Source: an uncultured Bifidobacterium sp. (GTDB taxonomy: Bacteria; Bacteroidota; Bacteroidia; AKYH767-A; OLB10). Taken from it: a stretch of DNA of 64,000 nucleotides. The DNA is taken from the NCBI GenBank assembly GCA_964534995.1, contig CAZHSC010000005.1, positions 17,857 through 81,856 of the forward strand. Direction: 5' to 3'. Numbering within the stretch: position 1 is the stretch's first letter; every line of letters begins with the position of its first letter. This document shows positions 1-9,762 of this stretch, piece by piece. The notes beneath the pieces were generated by a model. The model had not been told where the DNA came from and ran no database searches. It saw only the letters and a list, made by a program, of their open reading frames with translations. The position numbers and the translations under genes are program-made.

Positions 1-140
1 TACCTTCGGCAAGCAGGCCTGCAGAGATTCCTGGTGAGACCACAAAAATCAATAAATAGTTCCCGGGTGGGGAGCTCCCTGCTTTTCGGAACCTGGCCTC
101 TTTTTACTTTGTTAGCGCTATTTTTCTATTTTTAGTACCT

Positions 141-854
141 ATGAAAAAAGCCATTGTCATTGGCGGGACTTCCGGAATTGGAAAAGCAATCGTTGAGATT
201 CTTCTGGACCATAATTATACTGTTGGACTTAGCGGAATAGCACGGGATGACCTCAGTACCTTAAAAAACAAACATGCCGGACAACTCCTTGTAAAGTATA
301 TTGATTGCAGCCTTGAAAATTTTACCACCGAAGTCCATCAACTGGCGGAAGAGTTAGGGGGTATGGATCTCCTGGTGTTCAGCGCCGGTATTGGTCATTT
401 AAACAAGGACATCGGTTATACAGTCGAAAATCCCGCCAACAAAGTGAATGTTCTCGGCTTTACGGAAGCAGTAGACTGGGGATACAGATATTTTAACAGG
501 CAGGGCAGCGGGCATTTGGTAGCCATCAGTTCTGTAGCCGGCTTATTCGGGCACCGGACTTCACCGGCTTATACCGCTGCTAAAGGGTATCAGATTAATT
601 ACCTGGAAGCACTGAGGCAAAAGGCCCACTGTTCCAAACTTCCCTTGTATGTAACGGATATCCGGCCCGGATTTGTCGAAACGGAGATGACGAGTGATAA
701 GAAAACATTCTGGAGCTGCTCCACTCCCTATGCCGCCAAATTGATATATCATGCCATTCAACATAAAAAAGGGGTAGCCTATGTGAGCAGACGATGGTGG
801 CTGGTTGGATTTGCCGTCAGGTTCATTCCGCAATGGCTGAGAAGCAGGATGTAA
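141..854 (+). CDS. SDR-family short-chain dehydrogenase/reductase
   Basis: 237-aa ORF. It has the N-terminal Rossmann glycine motif GGTSGIGKA and the catalytic YxxxK pair (YTAAK). Confidence 0.85.
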   Translation: MKKAIVIGGTSGIGKAIVEILLDHNYTVGLSGIARDDLSTLKNKHAGQLLVKYIDCSLENFTTEVHQLAEELGGMDLLVFSAGIGHLNKDIGYTVENPANKVNVLGFTEAVDWGYRYFNRQGSGHLVAISSVAGLFGHRTSPAYTAAKGYQINYLEALRQKAHCSKLPLYVTDIRPGFVETEMTSDKKTFWSCSTPYAAKLIYHAIQHKKGVAYVSRRWWLVGFAVRFIPQWLRSRM

Positions 855-927
855 TTTTAAGATGGGCGGGAATTCAACAGATCATTCTGCTCCGGTGAAG
901 TGCATCTTACGAATCGGAACCGGGAAC

Positions 928-1569
928 TCAGGATATTTTCTTCAGCAGGACCCTGGCGGGGGCGGCTTCGGCACCTGTAATTTTAACCGGCAGGCAGATC
1001 ATATCATACATTCCGGCGTCAATTTCTTCGAGGTGCAGGTTCTCCGCGATGATAATTTCTTCCTTCAGAAGAGTAACATGCGCCTCGCGCAGGCTTGGAT
1101 AGATGGCTATTGAAAGACCGTCGATCCCCGCAAAACGGATCTTCTTTGCTGCCAGAAAGCCGGTTGCCGACTCATCTAGTGCGGTAAACTCTTCCTTGTA
1201 ATGAACCGGTTCCTTCAGAGGGTAATTCAGGGTTTTAAAAATCAGACGTTCCCCCTGCTGAACCGCTTTGTCTTCGAGCCAGGCGGCCGTAATTATTTTA
1301 ATGGCAGTGGCATCCAGCACACGTACTTCTCCTATCATTTTATCAATAGACAGAGCCGTGATATCCTTCGCTCCCTGAATAAAGTGCAAGGGGGCATCGA
1401 TATGCGTTCCGGTATGAAGGCCAAAAAAAGCTTCCGAAAGCTGATAACCGTCACCGCTTTCATGAGCAGCGATGCGGGAAATAACCGGTGCGGGATCGCC
1501 GGGCCACACAGGCGTGGCACTATCAATGCTTACCGTAATATCGATCCACTTGCCGGAGTCCATTGTCAT
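928..1569 (-). CDS. Putative cyclase / kynurenine (aryl)formamidase family protein
   Basis: 213-aa ORF with HTGTHIDAPLHF, matching the HxGTHxDxPxH metal-binding motif of the cyclase family. It is convergent with the SDR gene. Confidence 0.75.
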   Translation of the reverse strand: MTMDSGKWIDITVSIDSATPVWPGDPAPVISRIAAHESGDGYQLSEAFFGLHTGTHIDAPLHFIQGAKDITALSIDKMIGEVRVLDATAIKIITAAWLEDKAVQQGERLIFKTLNYPLKEPVHYKEEFTALDESATGFLAAKKIRFAGIDGLSIAIYPSLREAHVTLLKEEIIIAENLHLEEIDAGMYDMICLPVKITGAEAAPARVLLKKIS

Positions 1570-1712
1570 TGGGCTAAATTATTCTCAAAAGGCGGAAGGA
1601 GGCTGTAAAATAAAGGTATTTATTCGGAAACAGGATAATAATTGCCGGTATTGTTTTTTGTTTCCATATTTTTAATACCTTAGTATCTTCAAACCACTAC
1701 CAACTACTTATT

Positions 1713-2531
1713 ATGAAAAAACTATTTGCTCTGGCAGCTATTGTAGCCATCTCCTTCATAGCCTGCAAAAAAGACAGTGATGATGCCGGTACTACCACCG
1801 GAGGAGGAGGTACTACAGGAGTTACCGTGACTGAAAAAAACATGGGGCTGTACAATAAACTGACAGCTACCTGGTGTGGCCCCTGTGGTCAGTGGGGATG
1901 GACATTGAATACCGATATCATGACGCTGATTGACGGAAACGCGGTAATGATGGGTACCTATGCCTCTACTTCTTCCGATATGTACAACGCAACGGCAGGC
2001 GCATTCAAAACCGCCTTCTCCCCTACTTCCGGCTGGCCTGACTTCTGCGCCAATGGAAAGCAAAAAACCCAGTTCTCCGGTACCGGAGGCATTTATACAG
2101 GTCCTACCAAAGATTCGGTGGTGGCTGAAATTAACCGCCATGTAAACGCTGAAGTAAAAGTGAATTCAGGATATTCTTCAAAAATTGAAGGCGACACCAT
2201 GATCATCACTACCAAGGTGAAATTCTTCAAGGACATGCCCGTAGGCAGCACTTATTTCTTAGGCGCTTATGTTATTGAGGATGGCGTTATGAATACACAA
2301 AACGGCCAAAGCGGCGTGGTGGCGCATCATCACGTACTGAGAGGAAGCGCCCTTGCCGGCAGCCACTGGGGTACCCAAATTACATCCGCTACTACTGCCG
2401 GAAGTACTTTTGATTACACTTTTAAAATGGCTATTCCTGCTTCCTGGAATAAAAACAACCTGGAAGTGGCCACCATCGTATGGGAAAAAGTAGGTTCAGC
2501 CTATAAGTTTGTAAATGCCTATACCAACTAA
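1713..2531 (+). CDS. Lipoprotein with thioredoxin-like WCGPC motif (Omp28-related-like)
   Basis: 272-aa ORF. It has a signal peptide with a lipobox (ISFIAC-KKD), a Gly/Thr linker and a TATWCGPCGQW CxxC motif. The family assignment is from memory only. Confidence 0.55.
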   Translation: MKKLFALAAIVAISFIACKKDSDDAGTTTGGGGTTGVTVTEKNMGLYNKLTATWCGPCGQWGWTLNTDIMTLIDGNAVMMGTYASTSSDMYNATAGAFKTAFSPTSGWPDFCANGKQKTQFSGTGGIYTGPTKDSVVAEINRHVNAEVKVNSGYSSKIEGDTMIITTKVKFFKDMPVGSTYFLGAYVIEDGVMNTQNGQSGVVAHHHVLRGSALAGSHWGTQITSATTAGSTFDYTFKMAIPASWNKNNLEVATIVWEKVGSAYKFVNAYTN

Positions 2532-2552
2532 TTAATCAAGCATCTAACTTGA

Positions 2553-2582
2553 GCCGCTTCCGGAATGGAGGCGGCTTTTTTT
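2553..2582 (+). terminator. Rho-independent terminator after the WCGPC lipoprotein gene
   Basis: GCCGCTTCC-GGAAT-GGAGGCGGC stem-loop with one mismatch, followed by a T7 run, 22 nt after the stop codon. Confidence 0.65.
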
Positions 2583-2777
2583 ATACCGCCGTAAAGTAGA
2601 GCATCTCGCGATGCCCGATTCACACTTTGCAGCGGTGCAGCCCGGGTGATTGTGCACGGCAACCTTCTCTCTCCGCTGCACCAACCCCATTTCCAACTTC
2701 GAAACACTTGATTTTCGCGTAGGCTTTTTAGAAAATAGTCCGGGAAGGATGTAAAATGTAATTTTTCACATACAAAA

Positions 2778-2889
2778 TTAACCATTTGGTTAATTTTATT
2801 AAATTGAATATCAATTGTATATTTTCCCATCCTCAAAAAAATTAATCTAAAGAGATAAAAAGAGTTAGTTTTGCTAACCGAATGGTTAA
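2778..2889 (+). promoter_or_regulatory. Two AACC-N4-GGTT palindromes, candidate TetR operators, in the efflux-operon leader
   Basis: TTAACCATTTGGTTAA at 2778-2793 and CTAACCGAATGGTTAA at 2874-2889. The second lies immediately 5' of the TetR ATG at 2895. Confidence 0.45.
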
Positions 2890-2894
2890 ACCAA

Positions 2895-3527
2895 ATGGAT
2901 AAAGAATTTCTGGATAGCAAAAGCAAAAAGAAGATCCTGGAATCAGCACGTCAGGAATTCATCAGCAGGGGCTATGCAGGCGCGCGCATGCAAGCCATCG
3001 CCAATGCGGCCGGCATCAACAAGGCCATGCTTCATTATTACTTTAAAAACAAAGAGTCCCTGTTTAACCTCGTCTTCGATGATGCTTTCAATGCCTTTGT
3101 ACCAAAGGTTCATGCGATTTTTTCGGGAGAAGCCCCGGCCGTGGATAAACTATGCAGTTATGTGGAAGCGCATGTTGAACTGCTGTTACAGAAACCGGAT
3201 CTTCCTGTTTTCATCGTGCATGAGATTCACCGCGACCCGGATCGTTTCTTCAGTAATTTTTTAAGCAAGATGCCGGGCCCGCCGCCTTTCGCTTCGTTTA
3301 TGGGTCAGCTGATGCAGGAGATGAGCGAAGGAAAAATACGGCAGATGGATCCGCGCCTGGTATGGATGAATGTGATGGGGATGACCGTGTTTCCATTTGT
3401 GGCCGCTCCGCTGTTGAGCCGCATCTTACTGACCGATTCCGAAACTTATCAAAGCCTGCTGAAAGAACGCGTGGATTCTATTCAGCAATTTATTAAATCC
3501 TCTCTGCTGATTCATGAAAGCAAATAA
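2895..3527 (+). CDS. TetR/AcrR-family transcriptional regulator
   Basis: N-terminal HTH (ARMQAIANAAGINKAMLHYYFKNKESLF). I take the ATG at 2895 as the start rather than the TTG-type start at 2871. It is the first gene of the efflux operon and overlaps the next gene by 14 nt. Confidence 0.9.
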   Translation: MDKEFLDSKSKKKILESARQEFISRGYAGARMQAIANAAGINKAMLHYYFKNKESLFNLVFDDAFNAFVPKVHAIFSGEAPAVDKLCSYVEAHVELLLQKPDLPVFIVHEIHRDPDRFFSNFLSKMPGPPPFASFMGQLMQEMSEGKIRQMDPRLVWMNVMGMTVFPFVAAPLLSRILLTDSETYQSLLKERVDSIQQFIKSSLLIHESK

Positions 3528-4803
3528 TTTATTCCCCTTGTTACTTCTGGCAGCGCTGCATGTCACCTCCGTTGCACAGGAACACCCAACACTTGAACAG
3601 GTGCTCTCCGCCGCCAATACGCACTATCCGCTGGTGCAGCAACGCAATCTCGTTGAACAAAGCAGGGATTTTAGTCTGGCTGCCCTGAACCGGGCCTTCC
3701 TCCCGCAATTAAGTATTAACGGGCAAGCCTCCTATCAATCGGATGTGACGGAATTGCCTATCAAGATCAATCTCCCAGGCTTCACCGTTGATCCGCTGGA
3801 TAAAGATCAATACCGGGCGACCGCCGATGTCAGCCAGATCCTCTTTGACGGAGGTAATATCAGCGCGCAGAAAAATGCGGCCCGCGCCAACTCACTGGTG
3901 GAGCAGGAGAAGATCAATGTTGAGATGCAGAAGATGCGCGAGAAAGTGCGTCAGCTGTACCTGGGTGTGCTGATGATGGACGAACAGATCAGACAAACTG
4001 ACATTGTAGCTTCCGACCTGACTGCAGGCATTAAGAAGATGGAAGCCGCTTTAAAAAACGGAACGGCTTTTCGGTCGCAGTTAGCCGTATTACAGGCAGA
4101 GGAAATCCGGAACCGGCAGCGCAAAACCGAACTGCAGCAAACGCGTCTCTCCCTGCTGAAATCACTCTCGCTGTTCACCGGAAGCGAATACGAAGCAACC
4201 GTACAGTTTGAGAAACCGGCATCTGTTTTTTCGCTGCCTGCCGAAAAACCTGCCATCGTACGTCCGGAACTGAATCTCTACAAAGAACAAGAGCAACTGA
4301 CCCTGACTCAACGCAAACAGATTGGCGTAAAGAGTCTTCCAAAGCTGAGCCTGTTCGCGCAAGGCGGATATGGCCGGCCGGGACTGAATATGCTGGATAA
4401 CGACTTCTCCTGGTTTTACATCGCCGGTGCCCGCCTCCACTGGAATCTGGGAGCCTTGTACTCTCTCCATGCAGAGCGACAGGTGAACGCCGTCTCCCGA
4501 AGCAGTATCAATGTACAACGCGAACTCTATCTGCTCAGTGCCAATATCACGGTAGAGCAGTACCGCAACGACATTATTAAATACACCACCTTACTCACCG
4601 ATGATCGCGAACTGGTTTCGTTACGTGAAGAAATCAAGCGTTCCGCGAAAGCTCAACTCGACAATGGTGTGATCACTTCCTCCGATTATCTCCGCGAAGT
4701 AAATGCCGCCGACCAGGCGCGTCAGCAACAACTCCTGCACGAATTGCAGCTATTACAAACACAACTCGACTTCGCCGATTATCTTTCCATCTCCAACCCA
4801 TAA
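3514..4803 (+). CDS. TolC-family outer-membrane efflux protein
   Basis: 429 aa. It has a signal peptide (LHVTSVAQ-E), a long coiled-coil-rich two-repeat architecture, and operon context with HlyD and ABC genes. Confidence 0.85.
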   Translation: MKANNLFPLLLLAALHVTSVAQEHPTLEQVLSAANTHYPLVQQRNLVEQSRDFSLAALNRAFLPQLSINGQASYQSDVTELPIKINLPGFTVDPLDKDQYRATADVSQILFDGGNISAQKNAARANSLVEQEKINVEMQKMREKVRQLYLGVLMMDEQIRQTDIVASDLTAGIKKMEAALKNGTAFRSQLAVLQAEEIRNRQRKTELQQTRLSLLKSLSLFTGSEYEATVQFEKPASVFSLPAEKPAIVRPELNLYKEQEQLTLTQRKQIGVKSLPKLSLFAQGGYGRPGLNMLDNDFSWFYIAGARLHWNLGALYSLHAERQVNAVSRSSINVQRELYLLSANITVEQYRNDIIKYTTLLTDDRELVSLREEIKRSAKAQLDNGVITSSDYLREVNAADQARQQQLLHELQLLQTQLDFADYLSISNP

Positions 4804-4827
4804 CGATCTTCCTTCATTCCGATAACC

Positions 4828-5766
4828 ATGAAAAAAATATCCTTCCTCCTGCTTATTCTTTCAGCAGCCTTCCTCACCTCTTGTAAAAACAATAACGGCG
4901 ACTTTGATGCCGCAGGCACTTTTGAAGCCAACGAAGTGATCGTCTCCGCCGAGACAGCAGGAAAAATTCTCGAATTCTCCGCTGAAGAAGGCACTAAGCT
5001 GGAGAAGAATCAGATTTCCGTAGTGATAGATCCCACCTCCCTGCAACTTCAGTCCGAACAGGTGGAGGCCAGCATCCATGCGCTCGGTGAAAAAACCAGC
5101 GATCTCACGCCGTACATCCGTACCCTCGAACAACAGATCGAGATCCAGAAAACGCAGGTGACTTCGCTGGAACGTGAGCGTACCCGTTTCGCCAACCTCT
5201 TAAAAGAAGATGCCGCTACCGGCAAACAATTCGATGATATCGAAACACAATTAAAAATAGCAAAGGAACAACTCGCATTGAGTCAGCGACAACAGGAACA
5301 GCAGAAAGCCACCATCGGTACTCAGAATCGTTCTGTACTAAGTGAACAAGCACCCTTGAGCAAACGAAAAGCACAAATTGACGATCAGCTGAACCGCAGC
5401 AAGGTGATGAATCCCGTGGCAGGAACAGTTCTGACTTCTTATGCGGAAGCAGGAGAGATCACTGCTCCCGGAAAAGCGCTCTATAAAATAGCTGACCTCA
5501 CCAACATGGATCTCCGCGCTTATATTTCCGGCGATCAGTTCGCGCTGGTGAAAATTGGTCAGAACGTAAAGGTATTTATCGACAAGGGCAAAGACGAATA
5601 CAAAGAAATGCCGGGAACCATCACCTGGATCAGTGACAAAGCCGAGTTTACCCCGAAAACCATCCAGACCAGAGACGAACGCGCACACCTCGTGTACGCA
5701 ACGAAGATCCGTGTGAAGAACGACGGATCTGTGAAAGTGGGTATGTACGGCGAAGTAAAATTCTGA
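4828..5766 (+). CDS. HlyD-family periplasmic adaptor (YbhG-like), lipoprotein
   Basis: 312 aa with lipobox FLTSC, a central coiled coil and a C-terminal beta-barrel region (VKVGMYGEVKF). Confidence 0.85.
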   Translation: MKKISFLLLILSAAFLTSCKNNNGDFDAAGTFEANEVIVSAETAGKILEFSAEEGTKLEKNQISVVIDPTSLQLQSEQVEASIHALGEKTSDLTPYIRTLEQQIEIQKTQVTSLERERTRFANLLKEDAATGKQFDDIETQLKIAKEQLALSQRQQEQQKATIGTQNRSVLSEQAPLSKRKAQIDDQLNRSKVMNPVAGTVLTSYAEAGEITAPGKALYKIADLTNMDLRAYISGDQFALVKIGQNVKVFIDKGKDEYKEMPGTITWISDKAEFTPKTIQTRDERAHLVYATKIRVKNDGSVKVGMYGEVKF

Positions 5767-5768
5767 TC

Positions 5769-6686
5769 ATGCCGGCGGCTATAACGGTAACGAACCTGCG
5801 TAAATCGTACGCCAACGGTAAGGAAACCGTGGAGGCGCTACATCCGGTGACCTTCAGCGTTAATAAGGGAGAGCTCTTCGGCTTGATTGGTCCCGACGGC
5901 GCCGGTAAAACTACACTCATTCGTTTGCTCACCACGCTGATCCTCGCCGACGAAGGTACAGCAACTGTAGATGGCTTCGATGTCGTAAACGACTATGCCG
6001 AGATCCGCAAGCGGGTGGGATACATGCCCGGGAAATTTTCGCTCTACCAGGATCTGAGTGTCCGCGAAAACCTCGACTTCTTCGCCACCATCTTCAAAAC
6101 AACGGTGGAAACCAACTACCATCTTATCAAAGACATCTACGAACAGTTGGCGCCCTTTGCAGATCGTCCCGCAGGCAAACTCAGCGGCGGCATGAAGCAG
6201 AAACTCGCGCTCTGTTGCGCGCTCATCCACAAACCCAGTGTGCTTTTCCTCGATGAACCGACCACCGGCGTAGATGCTGTATCGCGGAAAGAATTCTGGG
6301 AGATGCTGGACCGGTTGAAAAAACAAGGAATCACGATCCTGGTAAGCACACCTTATATGGACGAGGCCTCCCGCTGCGACAGAGTAGCCCTTATGCAGAA
6401 TGGTAAATTTATGGAGGCAGATTCTCCCTCCTATATCACTGGCAAATACAAAAAACCGCTTTTTGCCATAAAAGGCGATTACATGTACAGGCTGTTGCAT
6501 CAGCTCAAATCAAATCCATCCGTGCTCCTCGCCTACCCTTTCGGCGAATACCATCACGTAGTACTGAAGCAGGAACATGCCACTGTTGACGAAGCACGTA
6601 CACTGCTCGGATTGGAAAGTGAAGAAATCAGGGCGGTGGCAGCAGATATTGAAGATTGTTTTATTTACTCCATGACCCAACACTAA
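5769..6686 (+). CDS. ABC transporter ATP-binding protein (YbhF N-half-like)
   Basis: Walker A GPDGAGKTT, signature LSGGMKQKL and Walker B LFLDEPTTGVD. Confidence 0.9.
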   Translation: MPAAITVTNLRKSYANGKETVEALHPVTFSVNKGELFGLIGPDGAGKTTLIRLLTTLILADEGTATVDGFDVVNDYAEIRKRVGYMPGKFSLYQDLSVRENLDFFATIFKTTVETNYHLIKDIYEQLAPFADRPAGKLSGGMKQKLALCCALIHKPSVLFLDEPTTGVDAVSRKEFWEMLDRLKKQGITILVSTPYMDEASRCDRVALMQNGKFMEADSPSYITGKYKKPLFAIKGDYMYRLLHQLKSNPSVLLAYPFGEYHHVVLKQEHATVDEARTLLGLESEEIRAVAADIEDCFIYSMTQH

Positions 6687-6689
6687 GAC

Positions 6690-7436
6690 ATGCAAGCGGA
6701 ATACGCCATAACGGCCCATCAACTCACCAAGCGCTTCGGCGACTTCACCGCAGTGGATGCGATCAGCTTTGAAGTAAGCAAGGGAGAGATCTTTGGATTC
6801 CTCGGAGCCAATGGCGCCGGTAAAACTACCGCCATGCGCATGCTCTGTGGTCTCAGCAAGCCTACCTCCGGCGAAGGCACCGTTGCCGGATTTGATGTCA
6901 ACAAACATCCGGAAGAAATCAAGAGAAACATCGGCTACATGAGCCAGAAGTTTTCGTTGTACGACGATCTCACCGTAATCGAAAACATCCGCTTCTATGC
7001 CGGTATCTATGGACTCAGCGACAAAGACATCAGGGAACGCAGCGATAAACTGCTGCATGAACTGCAACTGCAACCGGAACGTGATAAATTAGTAAAGTCC
7101 TTGCCGTTGGGCTGGAAACAGAAACTGGCCTTCTCCATCGCCGTCATCCACGATCCTGCCATCGTATTCCTCGACGAACCCACGGGCGGCGTAGATCCGC
7201 TTACACGACGTGAATTCTGGGAGATGATGTATGCTTCCGCTGCGCAGGGTACGACCATCTTCGTGACCACCCACTACATGGACGAAGCGGAGTACTGCAA
7301 CCGCGTATCCATCATGGTGGACGGTAAGATTGCCGCCCTCGACACACCGGCGAATCTGCGCCGGCAGTTCAACACCCATCACATGAACGAGGTATTTCTT
7401 ACCCTGGCCCGAGGAGCGCAGCGTCAGGCTGATTAA
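6690..7436 (+). CDS. ABC transporter ATP-binding protein (YbhF C-half-like) with degenerate signature motif
   Basis: Walker A GANGAGKTT and Walker B VFLDEPTGGVD. The signature position reads LPLGWKQKL instead of LSGGQ. Confidence 0.9.
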   Translation: MQAEYAITAHQLTKRFGDFTAVDAISFEVSKGEIFGFLGANGAGKTTAMRMLCGLSKPTSGEGTVAGFDVNKHPEEIKRNIGYMSQKFSLYDDLTVIENIRFYAGIYGLSDKDIRERSDKLLHELQLQPERDKLVKSLPLGWKQKLAFSIAVIHDPAIVFLDEPTGGVDPLTRREFWEMMYASAAQGTTIFVTTHYMDEAEYCNRVSIMVDGKIAALDTPANLRRQFNTHHMNEVFLTLARGAQRQAD

Positions 7437-7444
7437 ACAACAAC

Positions 7445-8560
7445 ATGAAAGAACAATTCATCGCCTTCGTACGGAAAGAATGGTATCACATCTGGCGTGA
7501 TAAGAAAACCCTGTTCATTCTGTTTGGCATGCCCATCGTGCAGATCATCATTTTCGGATTTGCACTGACCAATGAAATCAAGAATTCACGCATTGCGGTG
7601 GTGGACATGAGCCACGATGCGGCCTCCACGCAACTCCTGCAGCGCATGGAAGCCAGTCAGTACTTCGACATTGAAGAAACCCTAAACAGCGCCAACGAAG
7701 CCGATGCAGCTTTTAAACGCGGGAAAGTGAAACTCGTGGTAGTGATTCCCGAAAACTTCGCCTCCGACCTTCGACACAAAAACAAAGCATCGGTACAGGT
7801 AATCGCTGATGCCAGTGATCCCAATACCGGAACTACACTCACCAATTATGTGCAAGCCATCACCGGCGATTTTCAAAACGATCTCAACGAAGGAAAGAAA
7901 CTTCCCTACACGATCACACCGGAAGTGCGCATGCTGTACAATCCGCAATTGAAAGGTGCCTACAACTTTGTTCCGGGTGTGATGGCCATGGTGCTGATGC
8001 TGGTTTGTACGATGATGACTTCTATTGCCATCGTGAGAGAAAAAGAAACCGGCACTATGGAAGTGCTGCTGGTATCGCCCTTGCCACCGCTGCTTGTGAT
8101 TTTTGCGAAGAGTGTTCCTTACTTCTTTCTCTCCGCGGTAAACATTGCCAGCATTTTGCTGCTCAGCGTATTTTTATTGGGTTTACCCATCGCCGGTAGT
8201 CTTGTATTATTGGTTGGGTTGAGTCTCTTGTTTACCCTTACGAGCCTTAGCCTGGGCATGTTCATCAGCTCCATCACCGCGAGTCAGGATGTTGCTATGC
8301 TCGTCTCTCTGATGGGACTTTTTCTTCCCACGCTCATGCTCAGTGGATTCATGTTCCCGATCGAAAACATGCCGATTCCGCTGCGGATGATGTCGAACAT
8401 TGTCCCGGCCAAATGGTACTTCTTCATTGTAAAAGCGGTGATGATTAAGGGCGTGGGATTAAGTGTCATCTGGAAAGAATCGCTTATCCTCACCGGCATG
8501 ACCGTATTCTTTCTGCTGTTGAGTGTTAAAAAATATAAAATCCGCTTAGCCACGGCCTGA
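7445..8560 (+). CDS. ABC-2 type transporter permease (YbhS/YbhR-like)
   Basis: 371 aa. It has an N-terminal TM helix, a large loop and a C-terminal cluster of TM helices, in operon context. Confidence 0.85.
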   Translation: MKEQFIAFVRKEWYHIWRDKKTLFILFGMPIVQIIIFGFALTNEIKNSRIAVVDMSHDAASTQLLQRMEASQYFDIEETLNSANEADAAFKRGKVKLVVVIPENFASDLRHKNKASVQVIADASDPNTGTTLTNYVQAITGDFQNDLNEGKKLPYTITPEVRMLYNPQLKGAYNFVPGVMAMVLMLVCTMMTSIAIVREKETGTMEVLLVSPLPPLLVIFAKSVPYFFLSAVNIASILLLSVFLLGLPIAGSLVLLVGLSLLFTLTSLSLGMFISSITASQDVAMLVSLMGLFLPTLMLSGFMFPIENMPIPLRMMSNIVPAKWYFFIVKAVMIKGVGLSVIWKESLILTGMTVFFLLLSVKKYKIRLATA

Positions 8561-8561
8561 T

Positions 8562-9680
8562 ATGCGAAGTCTGAAATTTTTACTGCAGAAAGAATTCCGG
8601 CAGATCTTCCGGAACCCTGCCATCCTGCGCATGATCTTCCTGATGCCGGTGATACAGCTCATCGTATTGCCGATGGTTGCTGATTATGAAATCCGCAATG
8701 TCAACATCGGCATCATCGACCACGACCACAGTACTTACTCGCGCGATATGATCCGCAAGATCACTTCTTCGGAAACCTTCGTACTTGCGGGCTATTATGA
8801 GCGTTACAGTGACGCATTAGTAGATGTTGAACACGACAAAGCGGATCTCGTTTTAGAAATTCCGGCGGGCTTTGAACGCACACTGGTACGCGAAAATGAG
8901 GCCAAAGTAGCGGTGGCGGTGAATGCCATCAATGGAGTAAAAGCCAATCTCGGTGCGGCCTATTTAAGCACCATTCTGCGTAATTACAATCAGGAGGTAC
9001 GTACCCAATGGATACAATTCCCACGCTTCGATGAACTACCACGGGTTGAAATCGCAGGTCTCAACTGGTACAACCTCCACATGAATTACAAGTTGTTCAT
9101 GGTTCCGGGAATTCTGGTGGTGCTGCTCACCATGGTGGGCGCCTTCCTTACTGCGCTGAACATCGTAAAAGAAAAGGAAGTCGGAACTATCGAACAGCTC
9201 AACGTAACGCCTATCCGCAAACCGGAGTTTGTATTAGGCAAGCTTATTCCCTTTTGGGTATTGGGGATGGTGGTATTGACGCTGGGCTTGCTTGTTGCGC
9301 GAATTGTATATGGCATCATACCGGTGGGGAATATTGGTTTACTCTATCTCTTCGCGGCCGTCTTCCTGCTCGCAGTACTTGGCTTAGGCCTGCTCATCTC
9401 CAACATCGCCCAAACGCAACAACAAAGCATGCTCATGGCGTTCTTCCTCATGATGATTTTCATCCTCATGGGCGGACTCTACACCAGCATCGACAGCATG
9501 CCCTACTGGGCGCAGGTTGTTACCTGGTTCAATCCGGTTACTTACTTTATTGAAGTGATGCGGATGGTAGTATTAAAAGGCAGCAGCTTCAGTGATATCT
9601 CCAGACATCTGGGCATCATTGGCATATTTGCCGTGGTGCTGAATGTATGGGCGGTGGTGAGTTACAGGAAGAGGAATTAG
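8562..9680 (+). CDS. ABC-2 type transporter permease (YbhS/YbhR-like)
   Basis: 372 aa, paralogous in layout to the preceding permease. It starts 1 nt after the previous stop. Confidence 0.85.
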   Translation: MRSLKFLLQKEFRQIFRNPAILRMIFLMPVIQLIVLPMVADYEIRNVNIGIIDHDHSTYSRDMIRKITSSETFVLAGYYERYSDALVDVEHDKADLVLEIPAGFERTLVRENEAKVAVAVNAINGVKANLGAAYLSTILRNYNQEVRTQWIQFPRFDELPRVEIAGLNWYNLHMNYKLFMVPGILVVLLTMVGAFLTALNIVKEKEVGTIEQLNVTPIRKPEFVLGKLIPFWVLGMVVLTLGLLVARIVYGIIPVGNIGLLYLFAAVFLLAVLGLGLLISNIAQTQQQSMLMAFFLMMIFILMGGLYTSIDSMPYWAQVVTWFNPVTYFIEVMRMVVLKGSSFSDISRHLGIIGIFAVVLNVWAVVSYRKRN

Positions 9681-9762
9681 GGTTGCGGGATGCGGGGGAA
9701 AAGAATTCGTAGATAACGGAAGGATAAAGATTGGAATTGCAGATTAAATCATTACCCTTTAC

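Noticed and set aside
5838-7073. Long antisense or off-frame ORFs inside strong genes. Examples: 5838-6500(-), 6510-7073(-), 21262-21825(-), 38820-39452(+), 54917-55477(-), 62228-62821(+), 43886-44386(+), 51608-51985(+), and the many 60-170-aa ORFs inside the Kelch giant and the peptidases.
   Set aside because: They are fully embedded in ORFs with clear family motifs. Their sequences are low-complexity or Arg/Gly/Pro-rich, as expected of shadow frames, and they have no recognisable motifs.
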